Of a stretch of DNA of 64,000 bases, positions 58,715-64,000 are shown piece after piece (the first letter of the stretch is position 1; each line of letters starts with the position of its first letter). A program made the translations under genes and the position numbers. A model generated the notes under the pieces. That model was not told the DNA's origin and ran no database searches. It saw only the letters and a program-made list of their open reading frames with translations. The stretch comes from Dehalococcoidia bacterium (lineage in GTDB: Bacteria > Chloroflexota > Dehalococcoidia > UBA2979), in contig CBDBMD010000003.1 of the NCBI GenBank assembly GCA_965207415.1, forward strand, positions 2,086,028 through 2,150,027, in the 5' to 3' direction.

Positions 58715-59921
58715 GGCACGACCGCCGCCGCGGCCGGAGCCTCGCCGGCCGCCTCCGCCGCCTCCACGTCGTCGACCTCGGCGAGCAGCTCCTCGAACAG
58801 CGCGAGCAGTTCCGGCACGGGCTCCGCGCCGTGCGTGGCCTGGTAGTAGCGGGTGAAGAGTTCGGTCGCGCTGAGGTGGCCGAGCGCCTCGACGGCGCCC
58901 TCGTCCTCCGGCAGCTCGTAGTCCAATTGCACGTCGACGGCGTTGGGCAGCGCATCGCGCACACGCTCGGCGATGCCGGGCTCCGGCCGCTCGACATCGA
59001 GGCGCACGCGCAGGTGCGCCTCACGATGGTCGTCCGCTTGCGCCAGCACCTCGTTGAGGCTGCCGCGCAGCTCGGCGAGGGGGCGGCCCTTGCTGAGCGG
59101 CACGGCCGTGTGCGTCACCGGCTGCCCGGGCACGGCGTCGATGATGCGCACGAACTTCTGCTGCCCGCGCTCGCCGAAGTCGAGCTGCAGCAGCGAGCCG
59201 CTGTAGGCCGTCGGCACGGGCGCCGCGAGGATCTCCTGCGGCTCGTGCACGTGGCCGAGCGCGATGTACTGGGGCGTGATCGGCAACTGTGGCGCGTTGA
59301 TCCCATAGGTCTGGCCGATGTGCAGCAGCCGCTCGGAGCCATCGACCCGTGCGACGCGTGAGCCGTCGACGAAGATGTGCGTCGCGAGGATGTTGACCGC
59401 GGGCTCGTCGCCGAAGCCGTCGCAGATCGCGCGCAGGATGCCGGCGACGCCGTCCGCGTAGGCGCCCCACCAGTCCTCCTGCAACCCCATCACCGCCGCG
59501 GCGTCCACGTAGCGGCCCTCGGTGATGAAGGGCACGGCGGCGATCCGGGCGACGTGCTCGCGGCCCTCGATCGTCAGCACGCCCCCGGCGTTGGGCCGCA
59601 GCACCTCGTGCTGCGTCTGCACGCCGAGCAGCTCGGAGAGCAAGCCCAGCGCCTCGAGCTTGCGCGGGTTGTCGTGGTTGCCCGCGAGCAGGACGGCCTG
59701 GATGCCGTGCCCCACGCACTCACGCAGCGCCTCGAAGACCAGCCGATCCGACTCCGGCGAGGGCGTCGCCTTGTCCCAGATGTCGCCGCAGACGAGCAGC
59801 GCCTCGACTTCCTGATCGCGCGCGATCTCAATCAGCTCGGCCAGCACGGCCTCGAACTCGGCCTTGCGGCTGCGGCCGCGCATCGTGCGGCCGACGTGCC
59901 AGTCGGCGGTGTGCAGCAGCC

Positions 59922-59925
<4 letters not shown>
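58711..59925 (-). CDS. sbcD: Exonuclease SbcD (Mre11-like metallophosphoesterase)
   Basis: MRLLHTADWHVGR...LLVCGDIWD...LLAGNHD. Confidence 0.9.
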
Positions 59926-61609
<1,684 letters not shown>

Positions 61610-61616
<7 letters not shown>

Positions 61617-62677
61617 CGCGCACCTCCGGCGCCGTTCGAGGAGAGCAGTGCGTCCCCGGGCGAGGCTGGCTCAAGCGGCTCGGGTGCGGCGCGCAGCGCG
61701 CTCGCGATCAGCCGCCGCACCCACTCGCGCTCGCCGAGCCGCCGCGTCAGCAGCGACTCGAGCGCTCCCACCGGCGTGAGGTTCTGCGGCGCGCGCGGGT
61801 CACGCACCGGCGAGGAGGCGAGTCGCGGCAGCGCCAACCCGCACTCGTCGGCCAGCCGCGCCGCATCGCCGGGCGGCAGCGCGCCGGGGGCCTCGAGGCG
61901 CACGATGCCGGAGAGGTGATGGTAGTGCGGTCCCATGTCGGCGATCCGCAGGTACCAGCCGTAGCGATCGGGCCGGCCGCGGCTGCCCGCCTCGCCGCCG
62001 CCGGGGATCCGGAACAGCGACGTGCGCTCGCCCACCGCAAGCTCGCCGAGGAGCGGGAACTCGTGCGCGGCGATGTACCAGGACTGGATCCGCTTGATGT
62101 AGCCCGCCACGCGCTGCTCGACGGAGCGCAGCCGCAGCGGCCCGTCCACGATCGTGAGTGCGCTCTCGTCCTCGGCGAGGGTCTCGGCAAGCCGCGCCTC
62201 CGCATCGAGCATCGAACGCTGGAGTACGTCGGCCAGTTGATTCGAGGTGCGCGCGCTGTTCTCGACGCGCGCGCGGAAGCGCAGCCGCAGCGAGCCCGCC
62301 GCGATCTCCTGGTCGCGCGGCTCGCCGCCGCCCTGCAGGTAGACGCGAGAGACGCGCAGCCGGTCGCCCTCCGGCGTGTCGCCGTCGAGCACCCAGGAGC
62401 GAGCGCCCTCGCAGCGCACCGCGCCGACGGCATAGGAGCCGAACAGCCCGAACGCCGTCTCTCCGTCCGGGAGGTCGTCGATGGCGTGTGCCTCCACGCG
62501 CCGTACGCCGTCGACGATCTGCACGGCAGCGGGTGGCTCGCCCGAGGGTCGCCGCGCGCGCCACTCGCCCTCGACAGACGTGTCGGCCCGCAGGCCTTCG
62601 TCCGTGCCGTCGAACGACTCGGGATCGGCCTGCATGGCGCTGCCGTACTCGGGAGACCAGGGAAGCAGGCGCAGCAT
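61610..62677 (-). CDS. nurA: Putative NurA-like nuclease (partner of the HerA-like ATPase)
   Basis: 355 aa from ATG 62677. Candidate acidic motifs QIVDGVRRV and LTIVDGPLRL. Its stop overlaps the herA-like start. The assignment rests mainly on conserved herA-nurA context. The 603-aa track ORF is extended 5-prime through the antisense of ubiE. Confidence 0.45.
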
Positions 62678-62797
62678 CGCGGAACCTCGCGCGGGCGCGG
62701 CCAAGTTGCAATCGGAACGTTGGGGAGTGAGCGCAGTATAGCCACAGCGGGAACGGCGGGGTTCCTGCTCGCCGCGCCCGCGTCGTAGGCTCGCCTC

Positions 62798-63544
62798 ATG
62801 CCGCCACAAGACAGCCGAGGCAAGACGACGCTGTTCGAGGACGACGCCGCGCGCGCCGGCTACGTCCGCTCCATGTTCGGCGAGATCTCCGGGCGCTACG
62901 ACCTGATGAACACCGTCATCACCGGCGGCCGTCACAGCGCCTGGCGGCGCGCCACGGCGCGCGCCCTCGTCCGGCCCGGCGACACCGTCCTCGATGTCGG
63001 CTGCGGCACCGGCGATCTCGCGTTCGACTGCGCGGCGCGCGGTGCGGGAGCCGTGCTCGGCGTCGACTTCGCCAAACCGATGCTCGCGATCGCGCGCGGC
63101 AAGGCCGGCGCGCGGCAGGCGGCGACCGTCTCTTTCGCCGCCGCCGACGCGACGCGGCTGCCGCTGGCCGACGCGAGCGTCGACGTCTGGTGCGCCGCCT
63201 TCGTGCTGCGCAACATCCCGGACCTCGACGCCGCACTCGCCGAGGCGCGGCGCGTGCTGCGCCCCGGCGGGCGGATCGGCGTGCTGGAGATCACGAGGAT
63301 CGAGCGCGGCTGGCTCCGCCCGCTCGCGCGCTTCCACTTCGAGCGCGTCGTGCCGCTGCTCGGGCGCATGATCACGCGCCACCCCTCGGCCTACCGCTAC
63401 CTGCCGGACTCCGTCGACCACTTCCCGGCGGCCTCGGAGCTGGCCGAGCGGATCGAGGCGGCAGGCTTCGAGGCCGCCTCGATCCGCCGCTTCGGCCTCG
63501 GCACGGTCGCGCTACACGTTGCTACGCGCCGGGGCGAGTCCTGA
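62798..63544 (+). CDS. ubiE: Class-I SAM-dependent methyltransferase, UbiE/MenG (demethylmenaquinone/ubiquinone C-methyltransferase) type
   Basis: VLDVGCGTGD, FVLRNIPDLDAALAEARRVLRPGGRIGVLE. Confidence 0.7.
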   Translation: MPPQDSRGKTTLFEDDAARAGYVRSMFGEISGRYDLMNTVITGGRHSAWRRATARALVRPGDTVLDVGCGTGDLAFDCAARGAGAVLGVDFAKPMLAIARGKAGARQAATVSFAAADATRLPLADASVDVWCAAFVLRNIPDLDAALAEARRVLRPGGRIGVLEITRIERGWLRPLARFHFERVVPLLGRMITRHPSAYRYLPDSVDHFPAASELAERIEAAGFEAASIRRFGLGTVALHVATRRGES

Positions 63545-63926
63545 CCTCGGTGGTGTTGACCATGCGCAGCGCCAGCGGGCGCAGCGCGTCCATGATCTCG
63601 CGGGCGAGCGCTTCCTCAACCTCGTGCGCCTCGAGCGCCGCGGCGAAGTGTTCGAGCCAGCGCTCGGCGCCGCGCTCCGTGATCGTAAACGCGCGATGGC
63701 GGCGGCGCAGCGCCGCCTCGCCGTAGAGCTGCGCGTAGCGCGCCTCGCCGCCGAACAGTTCCTCGAGGAACACCGCCTGCTTGTCGCGGCCCGGCCGCAG
63801 GTCCGGCGGGAAGACCGGCCGCAGCTCCGGATCGCCGTCGATGCGCTTGTAGAACGTATCGACGATCGCCTCGAGGGCGGCGCGCCCGCCGAGGCGCTCG
63901 AAGCGAGTACGTTGCTGCGCGGTCAT
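63522..63926 (-). CDS. Truncated haemoglobin (group II, GlbO-like)
   Basis: ATG at 63926. FERLGGRAALEAIVDTFYKRI...F...Q..F globin 2-on-2 signature. Confidence 0.7.
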   Translation of the reverse strand: MTAQQRTRFERLGGRAALEAIVDTFYKRIDGDPELRPVFPPDLRPGRDKQAVFLEELFGGEARYAQLYGEAALRRRHRAFTITERGAERWLEHFAAALEAHEVEEALAREIMDALRPLALRMVNTTEVRTRPGA

Positions 63927-64000
63927 GGTCCAAGTATCGACGATCCGCGCGCTGCGGTCGGCGCTAGACCATCGCGGGGCTATCATCGCCCTCGTGAACG

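Overview
This 64 kb window is a ~70% GC bacterial chromosomal segment. I cannot assign the lineage from sequence alone; the gene content and intergenic elements fit a high-GC Chloroflexota/Actinomycetota-like organism. Coding is dense on both strands (about 60 genes), and the extreme GC produces many long antisense or off-frame ORFs in the supplied track, which I treat as artefacts. I found no rRNA, tRNA or CRISPR array.

Gene content:
- **Metabolic genes.** Three family-III (CaiB/BaiF) CoA-transferases, two of them translationally coupled, plus an acyl-CoA dehydrogenase. A TcuA-like flavoprotein, a ferredoxin-type sulfite reductase, a DUF72 protein, deacylase/peptidase genes and a thioredoxin-TPR chaperedoxin. 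An enzyme cluster with two LLM (F420-type) oxidoreductases, two internally duplicated SnoaL-like proteins, a cupin, an SDR and an alpha/beta-hydrolase. Also a class-III aminotransferase, an amidase, a VOC protein and a DagK-like lipid kinase.
- **Regulation and transport.** An OmpR/histidine-kinase two-component pair, two MFS transporters, an XRE regulator, and a DUF1538x2/P-II-like/CBS cluster.
- **DNA repair.** recF, a Gfo/Idh/MocA oxidoreductase, UbiE and a truncated haemoglobin sit near a four-gene, translationally coupled nurA-like/herA-like/sbcD/sbcC operon. This is an archaeal-style end-resection module.

Most unusual elements:
- A membrane-anchored one-component regulator with an N-terminal LuxR-type HTH, one transmembrane helix, and an extracellular plant-type LRR ectodomain of about 22 repeats.
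- A secreted paralogue of over 1000 aa nearby with two such LRR ectodomains and a perfectly duplicated N-terminal module.
- A secreted, extremely acidic Ca-binding-like tandem-repeat protein followed by an APH-fold kinase.
- A BchI-like AAA+ / BchD-like VWA pair outside any tetrapyrrole context.
- A retropepsin-like aspartic protease gene interrupted by a frameshift in a C5 run.
- A small gene with an in-frame TGA.
- Four intergenic islands of a GC-rich REP-like palindromic repeat family.
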